Shown one piece after another: positions 51,198-60,998 of a stretch of 64,000 nt of DNA; position 1 is the stretch's first letter, and the number at the start of each line of letters is the position of its first letter. The DNA is from Polaromonas sp. (GTDB lineage: Bacteria; Pseudomonadota; Gammaproteobacteria; Burkholderiales; Burkholderiaceae_C): positions 15,860 through 79,859 of the forward strand of contig JAQGLT010000056.1 of NCBI GenBank assembly GCA_028292745.1, given 5' to 3'. A model generated the notes under the pieces. It was not told the DNA's origin. It made no database searches and saw only the letters and a program-made list of their open reading frames with translations. The position numbers were made by a program, and so were the translations under genes.

Positions 51198-52319
51198 ATG
51201 AATCCCAAAGCCACTTCTACCAGCGACAACTGGTATGCGAGCGTCGAAAAAACCAGCCAGACCGACGACGAACGCATCAAGGACATTACCGTGCTACCCC
51301 CTCCAGAACACCTCATCCGCTTCTTCCCGATCAAAGGCACGGCGGTCGAGTCGCTGATCACCCAGACCCGCCAGCGCATCCACAACATCATGGCCGGCAC
51401 AGACGACCGGCTGCTGGTGGTGATCGGCCCATGCTCCATCCACGACCCGATGGCCGCGCTCGACTACGCCCGCCGCCTAGCCGAGCAGCGCAAAAAATAC
51501 GCCGGCACGCTGGAGATCGTGATGCGGGTGTATTTCGAGAAGCCCCGCACCACCGTCGGCTGGAAAGGGCTGATCAACGATCCTTACCTGGACGAATCCT
51601 TTCGCATCGACGAAGGCCTGCGCATCGCCCGCCAGCTCTTGATCGACATCAACCGGATGGACCTGCCAGCCGGCAGCGAATTCCTCGACGTGATCTCGCC
51701 GCAGTACATCGGCGACCTGATCGCCTGGGGCGCGATTGGCGCGCGCACCACCGAAAGCCAGGTGCACCGCGAACTGGCCTCGGGCCTGTCGGCGCCGATT
51801 GGATTCAAGAACGGCACCGACGGCAACATTCGCATCGCCACCGATGCCATCCAGGCGGCAGCGCGCGGCCACCACTTTTTGTCAGTCCACAAGAATGGCC
51901 AGGTCGCGATCGTGCAGACCAACGGCAACCAGGACTGCCATGTCATCCTGCGCGGCGGCAGGTCACCCAACTACGACGCCGCCAGCGTCACCGCCGCCTG
52001 CAAGGAACTTGAAGCCGCTAAGCTGCCGGCCACGTTGATGGTGGACTGCAGCCATGCCAACAGCGCCAAGCAGCATGAAAAGCAGCTCGATGTGGCAAGC
52101 GACATCGCGGCCCAGGTTGCCGGCGGTTCGCGCAGCGTGTTTGGCCTCATGGTGGAAAGCCACCTGACAGCCGGAGCGCAAAAGTTCACTGCGGGCAAGG
52201 ACGACGCCAGCGCACTCGAATACGGCCGGAGCATCACCGATGCCTGCCTGGGATGGAATGATTCGCTGAACTTGCTCGACACCCTGTCAGCAGCGGTGCA
52301 GGCACGTCGGGCGAAATAA
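51198..52319 (+). CDS. DAHP synthase, class I-alpha (AroF/G/H type)
   Basis: GPCSIHD, KPRTTVGWKG, IGARTTESQ, DCSHAN and ITDAC motifs. Confidence 0.96.
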   Translation: MNPKATSTSDNWYASVEKTSQTDDERIKDITVLPPPEHLIRFFPIKGTAVESLITQTRQRIHNIMAGTDDRLLVVIGPCSIHDPMAALDYARRLAEQRKKYAGTLEIVMRVYFEKPRTTVGWKGLINDPYLDESFRIDEGLRIARQLLIDINRMDLPAGSEFLDVISPQYIGDLIAWGAIGARTTESQVHRELASGLSAPIGFKNGTDGNIRIATDAIQAAARGHHFLSVHKNGQVAIVQTNGNQDCHVILRGGRSPNYDAASVTAACKELEAAKLPATLMVDCSHANSAKQHEKQLDVASDIAAQVAGGSRSVFGLMVESHLTAGAQKFTAGKDDASALEYGRSITDACLGWNDSLNLLDTLSAAVQARRAK

Positions 52320-52567
52320 AGCGGCGGTGCTGCCGGTCCAGGGCTGCGAACAGGCCGTGCCTCAGGCCAGGGCGCAGCCACTGACCATGGACGGGCCGGC
52401 CATCCTCATTTAGTCTGGATTGAACTGAGAATGAACGCCTGAGTAGAGACATGCCTCAGCTACTTGCAACCGTCCTTCCCGCCTTCGCGGCAAGGACGCA
52501 GGGGATAAGCGTCTGAAGCACGTATTCAATCAGGTAAAAATATAGCCAACTGGCCGCTTGGACAGCG

Positions 52568-53995
52568 CTACGGTTGCAGGGCCGCCAGCAGCTTGGCGTG
52601 AATGCCGCCAAAGCCGCCATTGCTCATGCAGAGCAAATGATCCCCCGGTCGCACCGCAGCCTTGACCTGCGCCAGCAACTGCTCCAGGTTATCGGCCACC
52701 CGGGCGCGGTCGCCCAGTGGGGCCAGGGCCAGCTGGCTGTCCCAGTCGAGTCCGCCGGCATGGCAGAACGCCAGGTCGGCCTGCGCCAGGCTCCAGGGCA
52801 ACTGCGCTGTCATGGCGCCCAGCTTCATGGTGTTGCTGCGCGGCTCAAAGATCGCCAGGATACGCTCGGCCTTTTTGCCCGCGCCATCCAGCTGGCGGCG
52901 CAGCCCATCAACCGTGGTCTGAATCGCTGTTGGATGGTGGGCGAAGTCGTCATAGACCGTGATGCGGCCATCGCCGCGCTGCACGATGCCGCGCACCTCC
53001 ATGCGGCGCTTGACGTTCTGGAACAAAGCCAGCGCCTCTGCGGCCAGCGCCGGCGCAACGCCCACGTGTTCGGCCGCCGCCAGGGCGGCCAGGGCATTGC
53101 GTTGGTTGTGCCTGCCGCTGATGCCCCACCGGACCCGGGCGACAACGTCGCCGTCCTTCAATACCGTGAAATCATTGGGCTCTCCCTGCGCGGTAAAGCC
53201 TTCGCTGTGCGTAGATAGGCTGCCGAACGGCACCTGCTCGCTCCAGCAGCCTTGGGTCAATACACGCTGCAGACTGGCTTCGGTGGCATTGACGACCACC
53301 CGGCCTTCAGCGGGAACGGTACGGATCAGGTGGTGGAACTGCCTCTCGATGGCCGCCAGGTCATCGAAAATATCGGCATGGTCAAACTCCAGGTTGTTCA
53401 GGACCGCCGTGCGCGGGCGGTAGTGCACGAACTTGCTGCGCTTGTCAAAAAAGGCGGTGTCGTATTCGTCCGCCTCGATCACAAAGGCGTTGCCGCTGCC
53501 CAGGCACGCCGACACGCCAAAATTCAGCGGCACGCCGCCGATCAGAAAGCCGGGCTGCAGACCGGCATGCTCCAAAATCCACGCCAGCATAGCGGTCGTG
53601 GTGGTTTTTCCGTGCGTGCCGGCAACGGCGAGCACATGGCGCGGGCCGGTTGCATGGTGAGTGGGGTGGTGAAGGACGTGGCCCGAGAGCCATTGCGGTC
53701 CGCTGGTATAGGGCTGGCCGCTGTTCAAGATGGCTTCCATCATCGGGTATTTCGGCTGGCCGTTAGCCAAGCGGGCCCGCGACACCACATTACCAATGAC
53801 AAACACATCGGGTGCCAGGGCCATCTGGTCGGCGCCGTAGCCTTCAATCAGGTCAATGCCCAGCCCGCGCAACTGATCGCTCATCGGCGGATAGACGCCC
53901 GTGTCACAACCCGTCACTTTGTGACCCGACTCCCTGGCCAGGGCGGCCAGGCCGCCCATGAAAGTTCCGCAAATTCCCAGAATATGTATGTGCAT
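52568..53995 (-). CDS. mpl: Murein peptide ligase
   Basis: MHIHILGICGTFMG, EADEYDTAFFDKRSKF, DDFAHHP and MSNGGFGG motifs. Confidence 0.96.
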   Translation of the reverse strand: MHIHILGICGTFMGGLAALARESGHKVTGCDTGVYPPMSDQLRGLGIDLIEGYGADQMALAPDVFVIGNVVSRARLANGQPKYPMMEAILNSGQPYTSGPQWLSGHVLHHPTHHATGPRHVLAVAGTHGKTTTTAMLAWILEHAGLQPGFLIGGVPLNFGVSACLGSGNAFVIEADEYDTAFFDKRSKFVHYRPRTAVLNNLEFDHADIFDDLAAIERQFHHLIRTVPAEGRVVVNATEASLQRVLTQGCWSEQVPFGSLSTHSEGFTAQGEPNDFTVLKDGDVVARVRWGISGRHNQRNALAALAAAEHVGVAPALAAEALALFQNVKRRMEVRGIVQRGDGRITVYDDFAHHPTAIQTTVDGLRRQLDGAGKKAERILAIFEPRSNTMKLGAMTAQLPWSLAQADLAFCHAGGLDWDSQLALAPLGDRARVADNLEQLLAQVKAAVRPGDHLLCMSNGGFGGIHAKLLAALQP

Positions 53996-54030
53996 CCTCT
54001 GTATTCTAGGCAAGCGCTGCCGTACGCTTT

Positions 54031-54096
54031 TTTTCTGCCTCGAAAGCGCAGTAGCCGCCCTGAGCATGAGCGTCACTAGCTATAAATGTCATAGCA
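54031..54096 (-). repeat. Double-palindrome motif copy 10 (mpl divergent region)
   Basis: GCTAT-GACATTT-ATAGC-TAGTG-ACGC-TCATGCTCAGG-GCGG-CTAC. Confidence 0.68.
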
Positions 54097-54223
54097 ATTA
54101 CAAAACCCGTGCAACTTTGGTGGCGCCAGCGTGCCTAATGTCGGCACAATTGGCCTGCATCGCCTTGTCGCTGACCTGAACCCAACCTTTAACCGTGCGC
54201 CCCGGCGCCAGCCGACCTTGACC

Positions 54224-54832
54224 TTGCCTACCCTTAAATCAGAAATTGCCGCCACTGCCGCCGCGCTGGTGGTTGAAGAAGGGCTGGAATACGGCCCAGC
54301 CAAACGCCGCGCGCTGAAGCAACTGGCATTGCCCGCCCGCACCGCCCTGCCTGACAACGACCAGATGGAAGATGCGGTGCGTGAGTACCTCACCCTGTTT
54401 TGTGCCGACACCCAACCGGGCGAACTGCTGGCGCTGCGCGGTGTGGCGCTGGTCTGGATGGAACGCCTGGCGGCCTTTCGGCCCTATCTGACCGGCGCCG
54501 TCTGGCATGGCACCGCGACGCGGCTGTCCGATATTTATATCCAGCTGTTTTGCGACGACCCGAAATCGGCTGAGATTGCCCTGATTGAACACAACGTCGA
54601 TTACGAGCCGCGCACCGTGACCGGCTTCACGGGCGGCAGTGTCGAAGCACTCTCGTTGAGCAGCCTTTGCAGGCCGCTCAATGAAACCATCGGCATCCAC
54701 CTGATGGTCTATGACCACGATGACCTGCGCGGCGCCCTGCGCCCCGATGCCAAAGGCCGTGTGCCACGCGGCGACCTGGCTGCCGTGCAAAAATTGCTGT
54801 CTGTCCCATTGGAGTTGAAAAGTGAATCGTAG
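54224..54832 (+). CDS. Conserved hypothetical protein with a degenerate nucleotidyltransferase-like segment; start uncertain
   Basis: Coding-like codon usage. LTGAVWHGTATRLSDIYIQLF resembles a Pol-beta NTase hGS..DhD motif. Confidence 0.65.
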   Translation: MPTLKSEIAATAAALVVEEGLEYGPAKRRALKQLALPARTALPDNDQMEDAVREYLTLFCADTQPGELLALRGVALVWMERLAAFRPYLTGAVWHGTATRLSDIYIQLFCDDPKSAEIALIEHNVDYEPRTVTGFTGGSVEALSLSSLCRPLNETIGIHLMVYDHDDLRGALRPDAKGRVPRGDLAAVQKLLSVPLELKSES

Positions 54833-55376
54833 AAACATGCTGTATGGCGGCGCTGCCGTTGCGGCAACCCTGGCCGGCGCTGGTGCAGCCTGGTGGACAT
54901 CCCGGCCGCATGGCTCGCCGTCTGCTGGGGGGGCGGCGCAGGCGGCCAAGACGGCAGAAGCGGCAAAAGCCTTCTGGACGCTGAGTTTTGACACCCCTGA
55001 CGGGAAACCCCTGCCAATGAGCGCTTACCACGGCAAGCTGCTGCTTGTCAATTTCTGGGCAACCTGGTGTCCGCCCTGCGTGGAAGAGCTTCCGCTGCTG
55101 GATTTTTTCTATCAAGAAAACAAGGATAAAAACCTGCAGGTGGTGGGGCTGGCTGTCGATCAACCGAGTGCCGTCAAGACCTGGCTGCAGACCCGGCCGC
55201 TTAATTTCCCGGTTGGCATGGCGGGGCTGGAGGGCACGGAATTGAGCAAGGCATTGGGCAACAGTTCCGGCGGTTTGCCGTTTTCGGTGGTTTTTGGCAC
55301 CTCCGGGCAATTGCTTCATCGCAAGGTCGGAAAAATCCTGCCCGAAGAACTCGTTCAGTGGACGCAGTTGAGCTGA
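54822..55376 (+). CDS. TlpA-family thiol-disulfide oxidoreductase
   Basis: NFWATWCPPCVEELP and GLPFS motifs; N-terminal RR and hydrophobic anchor. Confidence 0.92.
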   Translation: MNRRNMLYGGAAVAATLAGAGAAWWTSRPHGSPSAGGAAQAAKTAEAAKAFWTLSFDTPDGKPLPMSAYHGKLLLVNFWATWCPPCVEELPLLDFFYQENKDKNLQVVGLAVDQPSAVKTWLQTRPLNFPVGMAGLEGTELSKALGNSSGGLPFSVVFGTSGQLLHRKVGKILPEELVQWTQLS

Positions 55377-55713
55377 ATTTGTTGTTTGCAGAAAGCTGCG
55401 AACTTAGCTGCGCTTTCGCTTCTTGGCGTAAGGTAGGCGCTTCTGGCGCTAAAGAACGCTTTCTTAATGACTTAAAGCGATCATGCCGTGCATATAAGAT
55501 CGCTTTTTATTGCCTTGCCTTCAGGTACACTTTGCCTTTTTCGGGATCGGGCAAGCTTGCGTTCCCGCGTAATCGTTAGGCGATAGGCACTGTAAGGTGT
55601 AATAGCACAAAGTAAATGCAAAAAGAGGTAAGTTGGTCAATTCGCCTTCTTCCCTTTTTGCTGGTCGTTATACCCGTCACACGCCAGCATTTCTCCCTTG
55701 TTGGAAAGAATCT

Positions 55714-56160
55714 ATGGATCTAAGAAAACTTAAAACCCTGATCGACCTTGTTTCCGAGTCCAACGTGTCTGAGCTTGAGATTACCGAGGCGGAAGGCAAA
55801 GTCCGCATAGTGAAATCCGGTGGTGTTCCGATGATGATGCACCAGCCGGCTATGGCCATGCCCGCGCCCGTTGCAGCCGCGCCCGCAGGTCCTGCCGTCC
55901 CTGATGCGGTTGCCGCCCAGCCAGTGGGCCATGCCGTCAAGTCGCCAATGGTCGGCACCTTTTATCGCTCGTCAAGTCCGGGTTCCACGCCGTTTGTCGA
56001 ACTCGGCAGCATGGTCAAGGAAGGCGACACCATCTGCATCATCGAGGCCATGAAGATCCTCAACGAGATCGAAGCCGACAAGTCCGGCACCGTCACCAAG
56101 ATTCTTTCCGAAAACGGCCAGGCCGTTGAATACGGGCAGCCGCTCTTCATCATCGAGTGA
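55714..56160 (+). CDS. accB: Biotin carboxyl carrier protein
   Basis: [18 protein letters not shown] and EAMK motifs. Confidence 0.97.
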   Translation: MDLRKLKTLIDLVSESNVSELEITEAEGKVRIVKSGGVPMMMHQPAMAMPAPVAAAPAGPAVPDAVAAQPVGHAVKSPMVGTFYRSSSPGSTPFVELGSMVKEGDTICIIEAMKILNEIEADKSGTVTKILSENGQAVEYGQPLFIIE

Positions 56161-56235
56161 GCGGGCCTGCAGCCCTATTGACAGAAAGTCCGGCCGGACG
56201 GCCGGCCCCATCGGCCAGACCAGGTACTTCGACGC

Positions 56236-57585
56236 ATGTTTAAAAAAATACTGATCGCCAATCGCGGAGAAATCGCCTTGCGCATCCAGCGGGCCTGCCG
56301 GGAACTCGGCGTCAAGGCCGTGATGGTCTATTCGGAAGCCGACCGTGAGGCCAAATACGTCAAGCTGGCCGACGAAGCCGTTTGCATCGGCCCCGCCCCC
56401 TCGGCGCAGAGTTACCTCAACATGCCCGCCATCATTTCGGCCGCTGAAGTTACCGATGCCGAAGCCATCCATCCCGGTTACGGCTTCTTGAGCGAAAATG
56501 CCGATTTTGCCGAGCGGGTCGAGAAAAGCGGCTTCAAGTTCATCGGCCCATCGCCTGAATCACTTCGCCTCATGGGCGACAAGGTGTCGGCCAAGCAAAC
56601 CATGCTCAAGGCAGGCGTGCCCTGCGTGCCAGGGTCGGAAGGAGCCTTGCCGGCTGATCCGGCCCTCATCAAGCGCATTGCCCGCCAGATCGGCTACCCG
56701 GTCATCATCAAGGCGGCCGGAGGCGGCGGCGGACGCGGCATGCGCGTCGTGCATACCGAGGCGGCCCTGCTTAACGCGGTGCAGACCACCAAGGCCGAGG
56801 CGGGTGCGGCCTTTGGCAATCCGGAGGTCTACATGGAAAAATTCCTGCAGAATCCCCGGCATATCGAAATCCAGATCCTGGCCGACCAGTACAAAAACGC
56901 AGTCTGGCTGGGCGAGCGCGACTGCTCCATGCAGCGCCGTCACCAGAAAGTGATCGAGGAGGGACCAGCTCCCGGGATTCCACGCAAGCTGATTGAGCGG
57001 ATCGGCATTCGGTGCGTGACCGCCGTCAAGAAATTTGGTTACCGTGGCGCGGGCACATTTGAATTCCTTTATGAAGATGGCGAGTTCTATTTCATCGAGA
57101 TGAATACCCGCGTCCAGGTTGAGCATCCGGTCACCGAGTGGATCACCGGCATTGATATCGTGAGAACCCAGATCATGGTGGCCGCCGGAGAACGCCTGCC
57201 TTTTGCCCAGCGAGATATCCAGATCAAAGGCCATTCGATCGAGTGCCGCATCAACGCTGAAGATCCTTACAAATTCACGCCTTCGCCAGGTCGCATCACC
57301 ACCTGGCACCCCCCGGGCGGCCCCGGCGTGCGGGTGGACTCGCACATCTACGCGAACTATTTTGTGCCGCCTAATTACGACTCGATGATTGGCAAGATCA
57401 TTGTTCATGCGGACACCCGCGAACAGGCGCTGGCCCGCATGAGCGCGGCCCTGGGGGAAACCGTGGTGGAAGGCATCAACACCAATATCGCCCTGCACCG
57501 CGAACTCATGGTGGACGCCAAGTTCATGAACGGCGGCACCAACATCCATTACCTGGAAGAGTGGCTGTCAAAGCGTGAGCGCTAA
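56236..57585 (+). CDS. accC: Biotin carboxylase
   Basis: [24 protein letters not shown] and [10 protein letters not shown] motifs. Confidence 0.97.
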   Translation: MFKKILIANRGEIALRIQRACRELGVKAVMVYSEADREAKYVKLADEAVCIGPAPSAQSYLNMPAIISAAEVTDAEAIHPGYGFLSENADFAERVEKSGFKFIGPSPESLRLMGDKVSAKQTMLKAGVPCVPGSEGALPADPALIKRIARQIGYPVIIKAAGGGGGRGMRVVHTEAALLNAVQTTKAEAGAAFGNPEVYMEKFLQNPRHIEIQILADQYKNAVWLGERDCSMQRRHQKVIEEGPAPGIPRKLIERIGIRCVTAVKKFGYRGAGTFEFLYEDGEFYFIEMNTRVQVEHPVTEWITGIDIVRTQIMVAAGERLPFAQRDIQIKGHSIECRINAEDPYKFTPSPGRITTWHPPGGPGVRVDSHIYANYFVPPNYDSMIGKIIVHADTREQALARMSAALGETVVEGINTNIALHRELMVDAKFMNGGTNIHYLEEWLSKRER

Positions 57586-57592
57586 AGGTATG

Positions 57593-57665
57593 GCCCACGG
57601 TCGCTCACTGCGTGTACTCCCTCCGCCGAGGTGGTGCGCCTGCAGCCTGGCAAGGCCAGGCTTTT
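57593..57665 (+). repeat. GC-rich REP-like element between accC and prmA
   Basis: Shares GCCCA.G, TCACTGCGT, CCTCCGC..GGTGG and GCGCCTGC with the insert inside prmA. Ends in the hairpin AGCCTGG-CAAGG-CCAGGCT-TTT. Confidence 0.5.
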
Positions 57666-57699
57666 GGCCGCGGCCTGAGCTGACTGCTGTGGATCAATG

Positions 57700-58683
57700 A
57701 TGTTTGAACTGATTCTTTTAGCCCCTGTCGCTCAGGTGGAAATGCTCAGCGACGCGCTGGATGCGCTGGATGCGCTCAGTGTGTCGGTCGAAGATGCCGA
57801 TGCGCACACCCCGGCCGAGCAGGCCCTCTTTGGCGAACCCGGCATGCCGCCACCCCAGCCCGGCTGGGAGCGCTCGCGGGTCGTTGCGCTGTTTGCCACC
57901 GAGGCGCTGGCCCGCGAAGCCGCCGCGGTACTCGGGCTGCAGGATTTCTTTGCCGGCTGCCAGCTGGTGGCCGTTCAGGCCGTGCCCGAACAGGACTGGG
58001 TCAGGCTGACGCAGTCGCAGTTCACGCCGGTCGAGATCACGCCAGAATTCTGGATTGTGCCGACCTGGCATGAGCCCCCGGCGCAGGCCAGGCAGGTGAT
58101 CCGCCTCGATCCAGGTCTGGCCTTTGGCACCGGCACCCATCCAACGACGCGCATGTGCCTGCGCTGGATTGCCGAGAATGGCACGCCCAGGCTTTTCACG
58201 TCGAGCCACGTGCTGTCGTCCTCCGCAGGGGTGGAACTTGCCCTGGGCGGCCCTTCACTGCGTTCGCAGGCGCCTGCGGCAGGAAAATCGCTGGGTCGCG
58301 TGCTCGACTATGGCTGTGGCTCCGGCATCCTGGCCATTGGCGCGGCCAAGTTTGGCGCCCTGGCGATTGATGCGGTGGATATTGACGAGGCCGCGGTCGC
58401 GTCAACGCGCGCCAATGCCCAGGCCAACCATGTGCAGTTGCAAGCCGGCTTGCCCGACAAGGCGGTGGGCAGTTACCAGACCGTGCTTGCCAACATCCTG
58501 GCCACGCCTTTGCGGGTGCTGGCGCCGCTGCTTTGCGGCCATGTTCAACAAGGCGGCAACCTGGTGCTTGCGGGTATTCTGGAACGCCAGGCCGATGAGC
58601 TGACAGCAGCCTATCAACCCTATTGCCAGCTTCAGGTTCATGATGCCCAAGAGGGCTGGATACTGATGACCGCGCGGTTTTGA
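57700..58683 (+). CDS. prmA: Ribosomal protein L11 methyltransferase, with an in-frame insert of about 30 aa
   Basis: DPGLAFGTGTHPTT, LDYGCGSGILAI and ANILA motifs. Confidence 0.95.
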   Translation: MFELILLAPVAQVEMLSDALDALDALSVSVEDADAHTPAEQALFGEPGMPPPQPGWERSRVVALFATEALAREAAAVLGLQDFFAGCQLVAVQAVPEQDWVRLTQSQFTPVEITPEFWIVPTWHEPPAQARQVIRLDPGLAFGTGTHPTTRMCLRWIAENGTPRLFTSSHVLSSSAGVELALGGPSLRSQAPAAGKSLGRVLDYGCGSGILAIGAAKFGALAIDAVDIDEAAVASTRANAQANHVQLQAGLPDKAVGSYQTVLANILATPLRVLAPLLCGHVQQGGNLVLAGILERQADELTAAYQPYCQLQVHDAQEGWILMTARF

Positions 58684-58744
58684 GAAACCCCTCACTTTTT
58701 TGATGACTGTTTTTGTCGTAATCAACGTCTGATCATTGCGCCAA

Positions 58745-59785
58745 ATGAGTCAGATCACACGCTGCCCCGGTTGCGCAACGATGTTCAAGGTCGTTGCTGA
58801 CCAGCTCAAGGTGGCGCAAGGCTGGGTGCGCTGTGGGCAGTGCGGCGAAGTGTTTGACGCTGCCCGCCAACAGGTGATAGCCGAAGCCACCTGGCCGGAC
58901 ACACTGGCGTCTGTTCCGCCAGGGCTGGGAACCCCCGGTCAGTCAGGCAGGCTGCAGGGGATGCCGCCAGAACAGCCCTTAACGGGTTTTTCTGACAACG
59001 TGACACCAGGAGCCGTGGGGACGGCCTCGGCAGATCCACCCGTTGGAATGGCGCCTGAGCCCCGCGACTTGGAACTGGATGAGGTCGGAGCAGAGGCGCT
59101 GGAGTCCACGCCGTCGGGTGCCGGCAGTCCGCTGGACGTTTCTTTGGTGACTGGCAAAGCGCCTGTAAATCCGCTGCCAGCGCAGCCGGAGTCACAGGAG
59201 CCACTTTTTCCCCTTGAAGGCGAGGCCGCAACCGACATTTCTTTTGTGCGCGATGCCGATAGCGGCGCATTCTGGGCATCGTCGCCGGTTCGTGCTGTAT
59301 TGGGCGCTGTTTGCATCATGCTGCTGGTTGCGCTGGCCCTGCAGTGGGTGCTGCGCCAAAAAGATATTTTGGCGGCGCAGGAGCCTAGGCTGGCACCTGT
59401 GCTCCAGGCGCTTTGCCGCCCGTTGGGGTGCGTGGTTGGTCCGCTGCGCCGCATCGAGTCGCTGCTGATTGAAAGCGCAAACTTCACCAAAACCGGCCCC
59501 AATGCCTATCGCCTCGCGTTCGTCTTGAAGAATGTGGACGCCGTTGCGCTTGAAATCCCGGCACTGGAAGTCACGCTGACAGACAGCCGGGACGAGGCTT
59601 TGGTGCGGCGAGTGGTCATGCCTGCGCAGTTCGGCGCCGCTGCTGCCACGCTGGCGGCCTATTCGGAGTTGACCGGCACCCTGATGCTAAAAATTTCCAG
59701 TGATCCCGGCCAGGGCACCGCCTCCCGGCAGCCTGCTGAACTTTTGCCGGTGGCGAGCTACCGCATCGTGGCTTTTTATCCTTGA
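58745..59785 (+). CDS. Zinc-ribbon and DUF3426 domain membrane protein
   Basis: CPGC..F.V..DQL...GWVRCGQC zinc ribbon, a TM segment and a periplasmic C-terminal domain; downstream of prmA. Confidence 0.85.
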   Translation: MSQITRCPGCATMFKVVADQLKVAQGWVRCGQCGEVFDAARQQVIAEATWPDTLASVPPGLGTPGQSGRLQGMPPEQPLTGFSDNVTPGAVGTASADPPVGMAPEPRDLELDEVGAEALESTPSGAGSPLDVSLVTGKAPVNPLPAQPESQEPLFPLEGEAATDISFVRDADSGAFWASSPVRAVLGAVCIMLLVALALQWVLRQKDILAAQEPRLAPVLQALCRPLGCVVGPLRRIESLLIESANFTKTGPNAYRLAFVLKNVDAVALEIPALEVTLTDSRDEALVRRVVMPAQFGAAAATLAAYSELTGTLMLKISSDPGQGTASRQPAELLPVASYRIVAFYP

Positions 59786-59802
59786 ATTGAAATGAGAACC
59801 GA

Positions 59803-60705
59803 ATGTCTTCTGTAATTTGCGGCTCGCTCGCTTTTGACACCATCATGCGTTTCGAGGGGCGTTTTGCCGAACAGATACTGCCTGAGCAGTTGCATATCCT
59901 GAATGTGTCTTTCCTGGTCCCCGCGCTGCGCAGGGAATTTGGCGGCTGCGCGGGCAATATTGCCTACAGCCTCAAGCAGCTGGGCGGATCACCCTTGCCG
60001 ATGGCAACGGTAGGCAGTGACGGCACCGACTACCTCGCGCGCATGCAGGCGCAGGGCATTAGCACCGAGTTCGTGCGCGAAGTGGAGAACGCCTATACCG
60101 CGCAAGCCATGATCATGACCGACCGCGATAACAACCAGATCACGGCATTTCATCCAGGGGCGATGATGCAGGCCCATATCAGCCGGATAGAGGCGCGCAG
60201 CGACATCTCCCTAGGCATTATTTCGCCCGACGGCCGCGATGCCATGGTGCAGCATGCCGAGCAGTTCAAGGCCGCAGGCATTCCATTTGTCTTTGATCCA
60301 GGGCAGGGGCTGCCGATGTTTGACGGCCCTGAACTGGCGCAGTTTGTCGAACTGGCCACATGGGTAACCGTCAATGACTATGAAGCCCGGATGCTGTGCG
60401 ACCGCACAGGCCTGTCGTGCGCCGAGCTGTCGCGCCGCGTGCGGGGCTTGATCGTCACGCTGGGGGCTGAGGGATGCGAAGTCTGGATTGAGGGCAATAA
60501 AACTCTGGTGCCTGCGGTCAGGGCCGAGGCAGTGGTTGATCCTACGGGCTGCGGCGATGCCTTTCGTGGCGCGCTGCTTTTTGGACTGGAGCAGGGATGG
60601 CCGCTGGCCCGTTGCGCCGCGCTGGGCAACCGCGTAGGCGCACACAAGATCGCCAGCCGCGGCGGGCAAAACTATACGCTGAATCAAGCACAAATCAGTG
60701 GTTAG
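59803..60705 (+). CDS. PfkB-family kinase (adenosine/nucleoside kinase-like)
   Basis: GSLAFD, FGGCAGN, FDPGQ and DPTGCGDAF motifs. Confidence 0.9.
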   Translation: MSSVICGSLAFDTIMRFEGRFAEQILPEQLHILNVSFLVPALRREFGGCAGNIAYSLKQLGGSPLPMATVGSDGTDYLARMQAQGISTEFVREVENAYTAQAMIMTDRDNNQITAFHPGAMMQAHISRIEARSDISLGIISPDGRDAMVQHAEQFKAAGIPFVFDPGQGLPMFDGPELAQFVELATWVTVNDYEARMLCDRTGLSCAELSRRVRGLIVTLGAEGCEVWIEGNKTLVPAVRAEAVVDPTGCGDAFRGALLFGLEQGWPLARCAALGNRVGAHKIASRGGQNYTLNQAQISG

Positions 60706-60746
60706 CGCAGGTGCTATATGCATAGTATGCTATTAATTTTGCAGCA
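60682..60746 (-). repeat. Double-palindrome motif copy 11 (overlaps the 3' end and stop of the PfkB gene)
   Basis: GCTGC-AAAATTA-ATAGC-ATACT-ATGC-ATATAGCACCT-GCGC-TAACCACTGATTTG. Confidence 0.7.
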
Positions 60747-60945
60747 AAGTCGTCAGGATGTCATCATGATGTCGTCCTGACAGGAGCTGGTCTATTTCAT
60801 CGGTTCAGCCTTATCACCGGCATGGATGCCAATCAACGCATTCCGGTTGGTTGCCAGCTGCCAGGCTTCGCTGGGAAGAGTCGCTGCCACACAAAAAAAG
60901 CTGGTAAGGCCGGACAACCGGGGGCCGAAGCGGTGTCGGCAATGA

Positions 60946-60975
60946 AAAGCCCGACCTCTTGCGACATCGGGCTTG
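60946..60975 (-). terminator. Likely terminator of the H1-like gene
   Basis: AAGCCCGA..TCGGGCTT stem with a short T run on the minus strand. Confidence 0.5.
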
Positions 60976-60998
60976 CGTTAATGCCTGTTCAACGCTGA

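Noticed and set aside
55633-55713. Extended N-termini in the ORF track (accB, cysK, tldD, murG, murD, aroE, the esterase and others)
   Set aside because: Family-typical N-termini, RBSs and stop/start overlaps point to the downstream starts used in the feature list.
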